Below, piece after piece: positions 34,901-46,900 of a stretch of DNA of 64,000 bases (position 1 is its first letter; each line of letters begins with the position of its first letter). Source of the stretch: Eledone cirrhosa (taxonomy: Eukaryota); assembly GCA_964016885.1 (NCBI GenBank), contig OZ024743.1, forward strand, positions 125,674,001 to 125,738,000, given 5' to 3'. The notes below the pieces were generated by a model that was not told the origin of the DNA, made no database searches, and saw only the letters and a list, made by a program, of their open reading frames with translations. A program made the position numbers and the translations under genes.

Positions 34901-37900
34901 ACTTTATTATCTTTTAAGTATGGGATATTTTATTAATGCTCATCAAATATCATTGATAGGTGTAAAAAAACAAATGTCATTGCTTTCTTTCAATATGGAA
35001 AAGCATACAGCTTCTGACACACACACACACATTATGGATTTCCTTACAGCTTTTACCTACCAAATTTGTTCACAAAACATTGGGAAGTCTGAGGCTATGG
35101 TAAGTAGCCAAGGCATGGAAACAGAAAAAGACAGAGATAGTCATATATATTTTGATAATATTCATCTAGAATCATTCATATATCCAATTAAATTTAAGCC
35201 CTAAAAACAAGTTGATGTTTAAAAGCACATTTGAAACTGAAAGCTAATAATAAGTACCTGCCACCTTGTCTACAACATTATTAAAAGCCTACCTTCATTA
35301 TTCATCACTTGCTGTCTAAGTGCATTGGAGGTTGTTTGCAGCATACGTTGGAATCGCCAAAACAATACAACATCATGACACGGGAGCTGGAAGTAAAAAA
35401 AAAAAATAATGAAACAATTGTTTTACAAATCATAGAATGAATTTGAATTTTGATACTTTCAAAATTAATAATGGTTTCTAACATAGGCTAAGGGACAGAA
35501 ATTGGTGTGTGTGTGGATGGGGGGGGGGGGGGGTATATATCGACCCAATACTTAGCCAGTATTTTATTGAACTTGAAAGGATGAAAGGCAAACTTGATTT
35601 CAGTGGGATATGAACTCAAACGAAGAAAGCCATAACTAATTACCACAAAGCGTTGTGTCTGATGCTCTACTGGTCCTGATAATTCACTGCCCTACTTTCA
35701 AAATTAAAAATATAGAAATATTCTTCTTATTTTCTAGGATATATTTCATTGAAATAACTTAAACAATTTTACTATTACAATTCTCTCTACCCTTTTACTA
35801 GTTTCAGTCATAGTACTGTGGCTATGTTAGGGTTAGGGTACTACTTTCCAGGGTGATATTCTCTAAAATAGGTTCAGCCCCCCGCAAAATATGGTCACTT
35901 TTAATAGCATTTAATAGAAGTTCATTGTATTGTTTTGTTGTTTTTTTAATATATGAATAAATTCTCTCACTAAAACAATTTTTCATCTGATTAAAATTAG
36001 GGTGGTGGGGATTATCTATAAAATGTAGGTCCTGTAATTTTTAGAAAAAACTGTGTAAGGGTTCCATGAGAAAATAAGTTTTAGAACCATTGCTTTAGTG
36101 TTGATTACATTGATTTCATAAATACCATAAAATATTTTGTCTGTCACTCTACAAATTCTGTCATCCGCTTTCCCTTATTATGACTATGTGAAAGCACATG
36201 GCTTAGTGGTTAGATTATTCAGCTTGGTCGTGAGTTCAATACCCAGTGGAGTGTTGTGTCTTCGAGCAAAATACTTTATTTCATGTTGCTCCAGTCTGCT
36301 CAGCTGGGTAAAAAAAATGAACTGTGCCTCAAAGGGCCTTTAATTCAAAGAGCCAGCCATGTCACAATCGGTGTCAAGCTGAATCTCCTTGATAATTATG
36401 CTAAGAGTGAATGAGTCTGTGGAAAGTATCTGCAAGGGCCAGGCTGTTCCATAATTTAAACAACTGAAATACTGGTTGTTGGAACCAATGGGGGTCTAAC
36501 ACTGTGATCATGTATGAATACAACAGAGGTCGTCCAACACTGGCCATGTATATGTATGACAGAAGTCCAGCATTATGACCACATAGGTTTATGTCAGATG
36601 TCCAATGCTGTGACTATATGACAGAGGTCCAACATTATGACCACCAATGTGTATGACAGGTATCCAATGCTGTGACTATATGACAGAGGTCCAACATTAC
36701 AACCATATATGTGTATGACAGGTGTCCAATGCTGTGACTATATAATGGAGGTCTAACATTGTGATCACGTATGTGTATAACAGAGGTCCAACATTGACTA
36801 TATAATGGAGGTCTAACATTGTGACCATGTATATATGTATGACAGAGGTACAACACTGTGACTATATGACGGAGGTCCAACATTATGACCAGGTATGTGT
36901 ACTATTAAGAGTAGTGAGCAACAATTAAACATCTTAAAATACTTTCTTCAAATGTAACAACAACAAAAAAATTCAAAAATGGCAAGAGTACTAAGTCATG
37001 TCACTTTCAATAGAAATTTTATCATCATCATAATTTTACTCTTGCTGTCTATGTCGGCATGGGTTGGGTTGGCTTTAGTCAGTTCTTACACAGAGTTATG
37101 TCCTTCCTAGAGAAGTCAGAGGACAACACCTTCCTCAAACATTCCATTTTTGGCAGGATTTCTACGGCTGGGTGTTCTTCCTAATACCAACCACTTAGCA
37201 GAGTAAACAAGGTGCATTTTATCATGGCACCAGTACTAAAGAGCTGTTTCTATCCTACACGATCTCCATTTGATTGCCAATTATTTTACAGAGTGCACTG
37301 GGTGCATTTATCGTAACTCTGAAAACTACAGAAGTTGTCTAGTCACCTGCATATCTAAGAAGTCCTCTGCATTCTACATAGTGTCTGTTCTTTGAAATCA
37401 AGAGGGTAATTGGGAGGGGTGCAATGGTCAGGAGGTTGAAAAAGGAAAGAATATGGCTATGAGTTTGAGGAAGATAGAGTGATAGGATGTTTGGAGACGT
37501 ATGCAGATTTATTTTAAGCATACAACTTTTTTTACTGAACAAAAACAAACTTTTAAATTAATAGATAAAGAAAAACAATGGGATTAGATTTTGTTTGGTT
37601 GTTAAAAAAAAAAATATCATAACAAAAGCAACTTGATGCAAGGGAAGTAACTCCAAAAAATAATTTTGAATAATTACGCTTGTTATATACAATAATTGTT
37701 TCTACTTTTGGCACAAGGCCAGCAATTAAATCAGTGTATAAACTGGTACTTTACATTGGGATAATTGCTGGCCTTGTTATATATAATAATAATACAGTCT
37801 GTTCGCTTTTTACGCGAACCTGAAGTACGCGAATTCGAATAACGCGCGTGTGGCTTTTAATCTATCTATTTATTAATTTCAAGAACGTCATTATTCGGTG

Positions 37901-40900
37901 TGTCATAATTCTCGATTATCATTGGTTCATAGGTTTCAAACGACTCCGCCCACCTCAACGACGCCAAACTGAAATTAATATGCATAATGCCAATGAGGGA
38001 GTCAGAGGGGAGAGTGTGAACGCTGTGTTCAATAACTATTAACATGTGTGCGTGTGTATGTACTTGCGCGTATGTTCATGTGTGTGTGTGTGTGTGCGTG
38101 CAGCGTTCCACAGAAAGTAAAAACTATCAACATATGTGTGCGTGTGTAAGTTTGCGTGCGTGTGCGCGTTTCCATGTGTGTATGTGTGTGGCGTTCCACA
38201 ATCGCCACGCAGTTTATCTGTCTGTGTGCCTGTCTATCAGTCTAACATACAACAGAGTTGTGAAGGGAGTAAATAGGGACCTTTCTTTACATTGATGGAC
38301 ATCTTTTATATTTATTATTGTGTCATTTTCTGACAATTGCTCGAAATGAATACTGATAATAAAAGCAATTCGACTTTATCAAACAGTGAACTGCAGAGGC
38401 GACGCAGTGCCGCCAGCAATGAAGAAAAACGGGCTGAACAGCGCCATCGGAACGCCGAACTTCAGAGGCGAAGACGCACCGCCACGAATGAAGAGGAGCT
38501 GGTTGAACAACGCCAACGAAACACTGGAGCCAAGCAGCGATGGCGTGCTGCGATGGTTGAAGATGAACTGGCTGAGCATCATCAGCAGATGGCCAGAATT
38601 CAGCAGCAATGGCATGCTGCAATGGATGAAGAAGAGCTGGCTGAACAGCACCAGCGCAATACAGAAGTTCAGAGAATGTGTCGCCAACGTGCTCCTCATT
38701 CCAGTAAAGAGGCTAGAAGGTGAGCGAATGATATTAAAAATGGATCATGGTAACCATGTCATTTTCAGATTGGTGGACGAGCAGGATGTCCACATTGTGG
38801 AGCATTGCTTTGGAGGCACGAAAAGACGTGGACCACAATGTGCTGTCATAAAGGAGCAGTTCAACTAGAACCCTTGCGAATGCAGGATGATGAGGAGTCA
38901 CCGGAGTTTAAAATACTAAGTATGTGGGGTGATCAAGGAGACCGAGGTAGATTACTGCGCAAATATTCGCGACAAATTAACAATTCATTAGCTTTAGCAT
39001 CACAGAGAATTAGTGAGAGTGGTGCATGGCAACCGAATGTAGTCATTCAAGCCGTTTGTATCATTGTATCGGTAAATTAGAAGTTACCCCATTAACGATC
39101 CAGATTATAGTGAATCGGAGGGGGATATCAGGATCGGTTGGATGAAGTTGCCGGGAAATATAACTGAACTTGAACGGCAAAGATTAAGTGATTTGATCCG
39201 TGATTTGCAATCATGGCTTAGACAGTGTAATACTTATGTTATGGATTTCATGTTGGTGGCTGAACTGCAAAATGTTCAGCAGCAAACATTGGTGATTAAG
39301 GCTGACGCAGTGCCAAGGAATCAACACGAACGGCGATATAATGCCCCTGAAGGATTTCGTGAAGTTGCTATGTTGATGGACGATAAGCCTGGATCGAGAG
39401 ATATCGTCCTCAATCGCAGAGATGGTGGTCTCAAGATTATCAATGAGTCAAATAGGGCATAGATCCATTGCATTATGTTCTTTTAGATGATCAGGAGAAT
39501 CAGCATCAACAGGGAGGAGGCAATAGACACAATAATTCGATTCGCGACTTTTACGCATTCCATTTGAACGAGAGGAATCAACAGAGAAATGCACTATTTC
39601 AAGCCAGCAGATTGTTCTAGGAATACTGTTGTATGGCATTTGCAAAGATCGAAAATCAAAGGCTAAATTATATAGCTACACATCAGCAACATATCAGAGC
39701 TGAATTGTATAATAATATACAAGATGCGATAACAGCCGATGATGCCAATTACAAGCAAATTGGTCGGCGCATCATTTTGCCATCGTCGTTCATCGGCGGC
39801 CCGAGATATATGAACATTCGCTTTCAGGATGCAATGGCTATTGTCAGAAAGTTTGGAAAGCCAGATTTGTTTATAATGGTAACATGCAATCCTGAATGGA
39901 CTCATATTAAGGATGCACTTCTGCCAGGACAACAGCCAAACGACCGTCCTGATATTGTGGCAAGAGTATTCAAAGGATATCTGAAAAAGATAATGGATGA
40001 TGTGGAAAAAGAGGGAATCTTTGTAGGTATAGTTGCTTTTACATATGTAATTGAATTCCAAAAAAGAGGATTGCCACATGCACATTTGCTGATCATTTTA
40101 CATAGAGATTGCAAATTGAGATGTGCTGAGGATGACAACAGCATTGTGTGTGCTGAACTGCCGGAGAATGAGGCACTACGCAACTTGGTGGCAAAGTCAA
40201 TGGTGCACAACCAATGCGGAGTGGCAAATTGGAAAGCGCCTTGCATGAAAAATGGCCAATGCAGTAAGCACTTTCCGAAATCTTTTGTCACGAACACTTC
40301 CTGGAACGATGGGGATGCTCATCCCTCATACAGAAGACGGTCGCCTGCAGATGGCGGTTTGGTCGAAAATGTAAACGGTTGACAGGTTACAAATCAATGG
40401 GTTGTGCCATACAATCCATATTTGATTATGAAATATCGTTGTCATATTAATGTGGAAATTTGTAGCTCAGTGAAAGCTTGCAAATATCTATTCAAATATG
40501 TTTACAAAGGTCATGATCGGGCAATGATCAATGTCGGGAATGAGGAAGCGAACCAAGGAGATGAAGTTGGCAGGTTGCAGGATGTTCGCTCGATTGGATC
40601 TAGCGAAGCTTGCTGGAGATTGTTCGATTTTCATCTCAATGAACGCAAACCCAGCGTTCAGAAACTGATGGTTCACTTAGAGAATAGGCAAATGGTCTGT
40701 TTTCAGGACACTAGAAGAGGTGTCGAAAGAATTGCTAACGCACCACCTCCTAAGACGGAATTGACTGAGTGGTTCAAACATAATAGAGAACATGCTTTGA
40801 ACCCGGATCAAAGGCAACTCTACTGCGATTTCCCTTTGCACTATACGTGGGATAAGAAGGGAAAGAAATGGAATGATAGAAAACAAAAGTTGAGATTCAA

Positions 40901-43900
40901 GACTATTGGACGGGTTTGTAATGTCCATCCAGCATCTGGTGATGTGTTTTATCTCCGAATTCTGTTGCATAGTGATTTTTCGAGAGGTAAACAGAGCTTT
41001 GCTGATTTGAAAACAATCAATGGCGTGGAATATGAAACATACCAGGCTGTGTGTCAGCATCTGGGACTCCTTCAGGATGACGCTGAATGGAATAACGTCA
41101 TGGAAGCTGCAGGAACAACACAGATGCCAGCTCAAATAAGGCAGTTGTTTGTCACGATTCTAGGATTCTGCAATCCTGCCGATCCAAGAGAGTTATTTGA
41201 ACGCCATTGGGGAATTATGATTTTAGGCATCATCTTCAGGTTGATGATGAAAATTTGATGAAAGCTATTGTTTTGCTCAATATTGAGCAACTGCTTGAAG
41301 TTCATTTCAAATGTTTAACAGATTTCAATTTGCCAATTCCTGATGAAGAAATGCGGCAACGTGTCTTAGCATTGAACATGAGATTGCAACTTAGACGGTT
41401 GCCATTCGATCGGAGAGAACTATTCCAGTTTGATCCACTGGAACAGCAACGTATTGTGAATGAACGTAAGCCAATGTTGACCCAATCTCAGAGAGAATTG
41501 GTCGATGGCGTTCTCCACTCGATTTCCACTAATGAGCAACTTTGTGTTTTCATAGATGCTCCAGGAGGCACCGGAAAGACATTCTGTTTCAACACTATGT
41601 TATCGGCAGTCAGAGCTCAGAGGAAGATTGCTCTCCCTGTGGCCACCAGTGGGATCGCTGCCACTTTGCTGAGTGGTGGAAGGACCTTCCACTCATGCTT
41701 CAAGGCTCCATTGGCTCCGGATGAGTTGAGTGTCTGTAACATTACAGGACAAAGTGAACTCACGGGCCTTATACGCAATACGTCTTTGATTATTTGGGAC
41801 GAGGCAGATATTTGCTGGAGGCATTGGACAGAACTTTGAGATATCTGCGGTGGTAGTGACCTGTCATTCGGTGGTAAGACTATAGTTCTTGGTGGCGATT
41901 TCAGACAGGTGCTATCAATTGTTAGGAATGTTCAAAGAGCGCAAATTGTCGATGCATGTCTGAAAAAGTCCCTGTTGTGGCGCCATTTCAGAGTTTCGCA
42001 ATTACACGATAATATGCGACTTTGTATGTTCGGGCAAAACGAAGAGGCTGAGACATACGGCCAATGGTTGATGCAGTTGGGAAACGATGAATTGCCACAC
42101 GTTGGTGATAATCAGACTGTAAGAATCCCAGACCATTTGGTCATGCCACTGGACCGCCAAGCATTGATTGACTGGGTGTTCCCTAATTTGAATGCTTTTT
42201 GGCAGAATATCTCCTGGATATCGGAACGCGTTATTCTAACTCATACAAATGCAACGATCGATTAAATAAATTCACAAGTAGCCGGAATGTTTCCTGGAGA
42301 GGAATGGTTGACCGTCAGTGCGGATGCAATAGAGCCTAATCAGCAGAACAATATGGATGTTCCGACTGAGTATCTGAATTCACTTCAAATACCCGGATTT
42401 CCCCCCACATATTTTGAGGTTGAAAAAGGGTATGCCGATTATATTGCTTAGAAATATCAATCATAAAATGGGTCTTTGCAATGGTACCAGATTGATTGTT
42501 GAGAGATTGATTAACGGAAGAGTTTTAGAAGCTAAACTCCCAGGCAGAGAAGAATCGGTTCTCATTCCGAGGATCATGCTGAGACCAAGTGAAGATCTGC
42601 TGCCATTCATTTGGCAAAGGAGTAGTTTCCCGTCAATTTGGCCTTCTTCAAGCGAAGCGGTGTCTACTTGAATGATCCACCATTCAGCCATGGGCAACTG
42701 TATGTTGCTGCATCTCGAGTGTGCGATCCTGATGGTATAAAATTTGCAATTGATACCACTAACAGAGGAACAACCCTGAATATTGTCTATAATGAAGCTT
42801 TGAGCTAATGTATGCATATCTTTAATGCTATCAATAAGCGACGTAAATGATTCGAACATTGGTATCCTTTGATCAGTATTGTGAGCTTTGACAGAGTTAT
42901 CATTTATGTTCAATGTCATTTAATGTCGTTATGAGCAATAAAAACAAACAAGTATTGGTAAAAATTGCTTTCACTGCTATGTTGCGCAATAAATACCAAC
43001 AAGTATTGGCAGAAATTGCCTTCACTGCTATGAATATTCGACGTAAATGATTCAGACATTGGTGTCCTTTGATCAGTATTGTGAGCTTTGACAGAGTTAT
43101 CATTTCTATTCAATGTCATTTATTGTCGATAATGAGCAATAAAAACCAACAAGTATTGGTAGAAATTGCCTTCAAATTTATCGCTTCTGATAATAAAACC
43201 TCATCATATGCTGAGTCTGGCAAAAAGTTTGGTGCCTATGGCTGGCCAGGGCTAGAGTAATATTGAAAAACGATTCTATTTTCGAAGTAGAAGGATCCGC
43301 CATTTGGAGTTCAAACCAAGCCACCTCCCCGAGTTGAATTCTGAGCAATATTGTCTGTCTATTACTCAGTGGCTAAGAGCCTGGAAATTACTGAATAAAT
43401 TTTTGTGTCATATAATTTGTTGTTTTATTATTATAGCTGACCACTTATAGATAAGCATGTTATCCATATCCATATTAATTTGGCATTTGTATAAACCATT
43501 TCAAGTAAATAGGGACCTTTTTTACATTGACGGACATCTTTTATATTAATTATCTATATCTATATCTACATATAATATAAAAGATTGGAACTTCCATCAT
43601 CCTTTTAAGAAACGTGGAACAACTACGTCTATGCAATGATACACGTTTTACAGTCAGGCAGAAGATGAACCATCTCCTAGAGGTCACTATTCTAGGTGGG
43701 AGCACCTAGAATTGTTCATATACTATGCACAAACGGTACAACAAAGAATCTGGTATATATTTTTTTTACTGTTTTTTGTATCACACAGACACCATGGACT
43801 CGCCTCATACTGTAACCAGACAAACATCCAATACAGTCATTTTCTCTTTTACCTGTCTTCTCTTATCATCTGTTTACCTGGGCGAAGCTGGGTACGTCAG

Positions 43901-46900
43901 CTAGTAATATTATAAAGCTGAGTGTCGTGTGTATGTATGTATGTATCCTACACACCTCTCTATAGTTTGTTAGCTTTACTCTCTCCGTTGCTCTTCCCTC
44001 TCACTATAATAGATCATTCTCCCTCTCTATAATTTAACTGCTTTACTCTCTGTAGCTCTTTACTCTCAAATATTATAAAGTTGAGCGTCGTCTCTCCGTT
44101 GCTCTTCCCCCTCTCTATAATTTAACTGCTTTACTCTCTCTGTCGCTCTTCACTCTCAAATATTATAAAGTTGAACGTCATCTCTCTCTCTCTCCCTCTT
44201 TCACCCTCTCTATAATTTAACTGCTTTACTCTGTCTCTCTTCACTCTCTATATGACAACACTTTTAGTTTCCGTATCTCCCTTCAATATATAGACATAGA
44301 GAGAGAGAGAGAGAGAGAGAAATATTAGGAAAACTACACACACACACATACACACATCTACAGAGAGAGACAGAAAAACAGAGAGGGGGGAAAAGAGAGA
44401 GAGAGATAGGCCATTAGACAGAGAGAGATACAATTAAGCGTTAGTTATTCAGAGAGAGAGAGAGAGTCGGAAGGACAATGTGACACGGGAGGGTGTGTGG
44501 TATCTTTGCAGTGGAGTGGTGGGGGCAGGTATACCTAGCCGGGCGCCAGCCGGACGGGCCAGCTAGTTTTTTTTATTTATCAGAATTTTAGACTTGAATT
44601 ACGCGAATTTGCTTTATGCGTCGCATTCACGAACGCATCTTCGCATAGAAAGCGAACAGACTGTATATTTATTTACACACACAGGAAATATGTTCAATAA
44701 GTAATGAGAAAATTTCAGGAGAGACATTATCTATTTTTATAAGCTTACAAAACTTTGTCTCCTTCAAAATAATTACCTCTCGCATCTACACACTTGCACA
44801 GGCGTCTTCCTCACTCCTGGAAGACATCCCTCCAGTCCCCTCTTCTGCAGTCCCATCAGGAAATTCTCCAATATCTCCTTCAGCTCCTGTGTTGACTAAA
44901 ATCTTATTCACATGAGACTGTCTTTTGTGCATGGGAACAGGAAGAAGTCGCAGGGAGCCAGACCAGGGATGTAATGGGGGTGTAGTACGACTTTCATTCC
45001 ACTGTTGGTCATCTAGGTGGTCAACAGCATTGATGACTTGTGGCATGGGGCATTGTCCTGGTGAAACCACCTCTCTTCACTGTTGTGCCTCTTCTCCCTC
45101 ATCCTCTCCTTGAACATGTTCAGAACTTCAAGGTAATACTTCTTATTGATGGTTTGGCCCTCAGAAACCCATTCAATGTGAATAAGCCCCTGGGAGTCAA
45201 AGAAAGGAATGACCATGGCCTTTTCCTGCGACCTGCTCATCTTTGCCTTCTTGAACCTAGTGAAGGGCAAGTGCTTCCACTGGGCAATCTGACGTTTGCT
45301 CCCAGGATCATAGATGAATACCCTACTCATCACATGTCACTACTTTATTCTAGAAACCAGAATCAGCCTCCATCATATTGAGAACACCAGTGCAACATTC
45401 CATATGAATCTGCCTCTGGTTGTCAGAGAGGATCTTTGGCATGAACTTGGCACATACTTTGTGGAGTTCCAGATCTTTGGTCAGAATTGTCTTCATTGTG
45501 CCAATACTAATTCCAACAGCTTCAGATATCATCCTCACAGTAGTTCAACAGTCTTCCATCACTAACATTTGCACTTCCTCAGTGTTTTCTTCCTTTTGTA
45601 CACTGTTCAGTGATTCAGATCTGCATTCATCCTCAACCTGTTCATAAAAAATCCTTTAAAACCATCTGTAGGAACTTGCTTTGCTCATCAATCCCATAGG
45701 CTTCTTCTAACATTACATAAGCTTCTTGTTTGCTTTTCTTAAACTTAACACAAAATTTGATGGCATAACATTGCTCCATGTTTCTCTGCATCTTACATGT
45801 TGACAGATCAGATTCTAATTGAATGATATTTAATACCTCTCTTGACATTTTCTCATTACTTATTAAACATAGCTCTCCAGTTGAAAAAGATGTATATAAA
45901 GACAGGACTGATACCAGAATTTGCTTCCTTCTCCTAGTCTCAGAAAATATGGTTGTGTACATCTTATGACTTCTATTGTATTCAACTCTGGTCAGTTGAG
46001 TGCAATTTATTAAATGGACACATCAAATTGTGACAAGGTAAAAGGAATGTACACAAGAATTCAAGATATCAATTTTGGTGAGTTACTCTGGTTGAATAAC
46101 TTTCAACCAGAGTACAACATGAAGGAGCTTATGTATCCATTGATAACTTTCAACAGAGTACAGTGTGAATTACAATTTCAGATTCATCAGAAAAATGTCA
46201 TTATTTGGGATTGTGAATGAAGAACATTGCAGAGGATCATTGCAAGAATCATGTGAAGTGTTTGAGGTTTTACTTTACTGCCAATAATGTATAAGATGAC
46301 AGTGAAAAATGAACCACATTACTGTCTGTGGTTGGTGCTAAAAGTTCACTAAACATTGAAGTAGTTGAATGGAATTAGATGGCTATATTTACCTCTGAAT
46401 CTTGAAATCCTTTCTGGTAATAATAAAATCCCTTTTTGCATTGCTGAGCTGTAGTTAATGATTTCTTAAAGAAATGAATTCGGAACACTTGATACCATGT
46501 TTCTCTAATCTAGACGTGATAAAAAAAAAATCAGAAATTTTAAAACTCAATTCATTTAATTTTCAATAAGTCAATAAAATATTCTAATTAAATTTATAAC
46601 AGACTTTAACCCTTTTAAACCATATTTCTGCATAAATACACTTCCTATGTGTTTCAATATTTTTTTTAAATAATCAAGACTTTTTGAGGTGTTTAGTAAA
46701 TTATTTTTTCATTTTAAGATGGTTGGAATATAACTTAACAAAAGTTTCTTAGATAAAATTATTATGGGAAGTTATAATTTAAATATGAAGACTTCAAAAT
46801 GAAGGTTTCTGTGTTATAAAATCAAGGTGGTCCCAGGTAGGTTGGTATCAAAAGGGTTAAATGGAAATAAATGACAATCTACACTATAAGGTGGTCGTGC

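Larger units (their letters stand above)
37861..44566 (+). mobile_element. Composite Helitron with decayed RepHel gene
   Basis: A|TCTATCTATTTATT 5' end; gccgggcgccagccgg hairpin then CTAG|T 3' end; no TSD. Confidence 0.85.
37795..44663. mobile_element. Tc1/mariner-superfamily (pogo/Tigger-like) MITE of ~163 bp, split by a Helitron insertion
   Basis: 24-bp TIRs cagtctgttcgcttt(t/c)ta(c/t)gcgaa at 37795 and ending at 44663; TA on both sides. Confidence 0.82.

Noticed and set aside
39633-42808. Host PIF1 helicase or domesticated gene nested in OPA1
   Set aside because: It is fused to Helitron Rep motifs, has many stops and frameshifts, and is bounded by Helitron termini.
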